Below are positions 63,515 to 64,000 of a stretch of 64,000 bases of DNA, piece by piece. Position numbers and translations under genes: made by a program. The stretch spans positions 64,214-128,213 of the forward strand of contig DJYI01000126.1 in the NCBI GenBank assembly GCA_002448475.1, given 5' to 3'. The notes below the pieces were generated by a model. The model worked only from the letters and a program-made list of their open reading frames with translations, did not search any database and was not told the origin of the DNA. Each line of letters starts with the position of its first letter. The first letter of the stretch is position 1. This DNA is from Verrucomicrobia bacterium UBA6982. Lineage in GTDB: Bacteria; Verrucomicrobiota; Kiritimatiellia; RFP12; UBA3636.

Positions 63515-64000
63515 ATGATGGGGATGGATCCGCTTTATCTGCTTTTTTCACTTCCGGCTCTGATCCTGTCGATGTTCTTCTCGGCCCGGGTTAAGTCCGT
63601 GTTCGCCAAATACCAGGGCGTTCGCGGATCTTCCGGCTTGACGGGCGCGGAGGCTGCGGCCAGGATGCTGGCGGCGTCAGGGATCCATGACGTTGAGATA
63701 AGGCGCACACGCGGCTTTCTCACCGATCACTACAACCCGGCGGACAACACGCTCAACCTTTCCGACGCCGTTTACAGGGGCCGCGATCTCGCGGCGATCG
63801 GCGTGGCATGCCACGAGGCCGGCCACGCGCTCCAGAAGGCCCAGGCATATCGCTGGATGGGAATTCGCTCGGCGCTCGTCCCGGCGGCGAACATCGGTTC
63901 ACGCTTCTCCTACCTTGTATTCTTCGCGGGGTTGGCGATGTCCGCATCCGGCAGGGCGGTCGATCCATACACCGGGGCGGAGGTTCTGACCGCCGGCGGC
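63515..64000 (+). CDS. membrane zinc metallopeptidase (Zn_peptidase_2 / PF04298-like), N-terminal 162 aa; the gene runs off the window end
   Basis: Own translation: MMGMDPLYLLFSLPALILSMFFSARVKSVFAKYQGVRGSSGLTGAEAAARMLAASGIHDVEI…TDHYNP…GVACHEAGHALQ (HExxH). It is not in the ORF track because no stop occurs within the window. Confidence 0.7.
   Translation, partial: MMGMDPLYLLFSLPALILSMFFSARVKSVFAKYQGVRGSSGLTGAEAAARMLAASGIHDVEIRRTRGFLTDHYNPADNTLNLSDAVYRGRDLAAIGVACHEAGHALQKAQAYRWMGIRSALVPAANIGSRFSYLVFFAGLAMSASGRAVDPYTGAEVLTAGG

Overview
This is a 64-kb, high-GC (~65%) bacterial chromosomal segment that is densely coding, mostly on the minus strand. I call about 50 CDS, 3 tRNAs (Ser-CGA, Arg-CCG, Tyr-GTA), two ATPase pseudogene fragments, and several terminators, promoters and short tandem repeats. 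The gene content (PPi/ATP phosphofructokinase, GTP-type PEP carboxykinase, XylR-like sugar-binding-domain/AraC fusion regulators, giant secreted beta-helix repeat proteins) suggests a PVC-group, Verrucomicrobia-like Gram-negative; that is inference from composition only.

Main blocks:
- 1-3.5 kb: a partial secreted beta-helix protein and a divergent XylR-like regulator.
- 3.5-7.8 kb: a small rearrangement hotspot. It holds decayed fragments of two different ATPase families next to an intact AAA-ATPase_like/PD-(D/E)XK gene, two small hypothetical genes and recurring short DNA motifs.
- 7.8-14.1 kb: a tightly packed minus-strand operon: 600-aa hypothetical, secreted Cys-rich zinc-finger protein, Hanks-type Ser/Thr kinase, LpxC-family deacetylase with an N-terminal extension, MlaE, MlaF. 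This looks like an undescribed envelope-lipid control module and is my top candidate.
- 14.4-31.3 kb: housekeeping genes (Na+/solute symporter with a large insertion, HAD hydrolase, queA, dsbD, cca, RNA methyltransferase, aroC, aroA, pfk, tRNA-Ser, pckG).
- 31.4-45.1 kb: an oxidoreductase-rich putative sugar-acid/polysaccharide catabolic cluster with a giant beta-helix secreted protein and a second XylR-like regulator.
- 45.2-64 kb: gatB, map, a DnaQ-like exonuclease, an FHA/PEGA envelope-signalling cluster, an aminotransferase, thiG, an SGNH hydrolase, an ABC ATPase, a PaaK-like ligase, cdsA, a sugar transferase, ispG, rseP, tRNA-Arg/Tyr and a partial Zn-peptidase.

Non-coding signals: an 8-bp-period GTTGAAAG repeat (x3-4) occurs upstream of three unrelated minus-strand genes, suggesting a shared regulator. 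A 26-bp tandem array (x5) sits at one gene junction, and a TTGTGTCAT motif flanks the ATPase island. No CRISPR array, transposase, integrase or rRNA was seen. Many long R-rich antisense ORFs in the track are high-GC artefacts. Note that the ORF track translates TTG/GTG starts as M; I checked several starts against the sequence.
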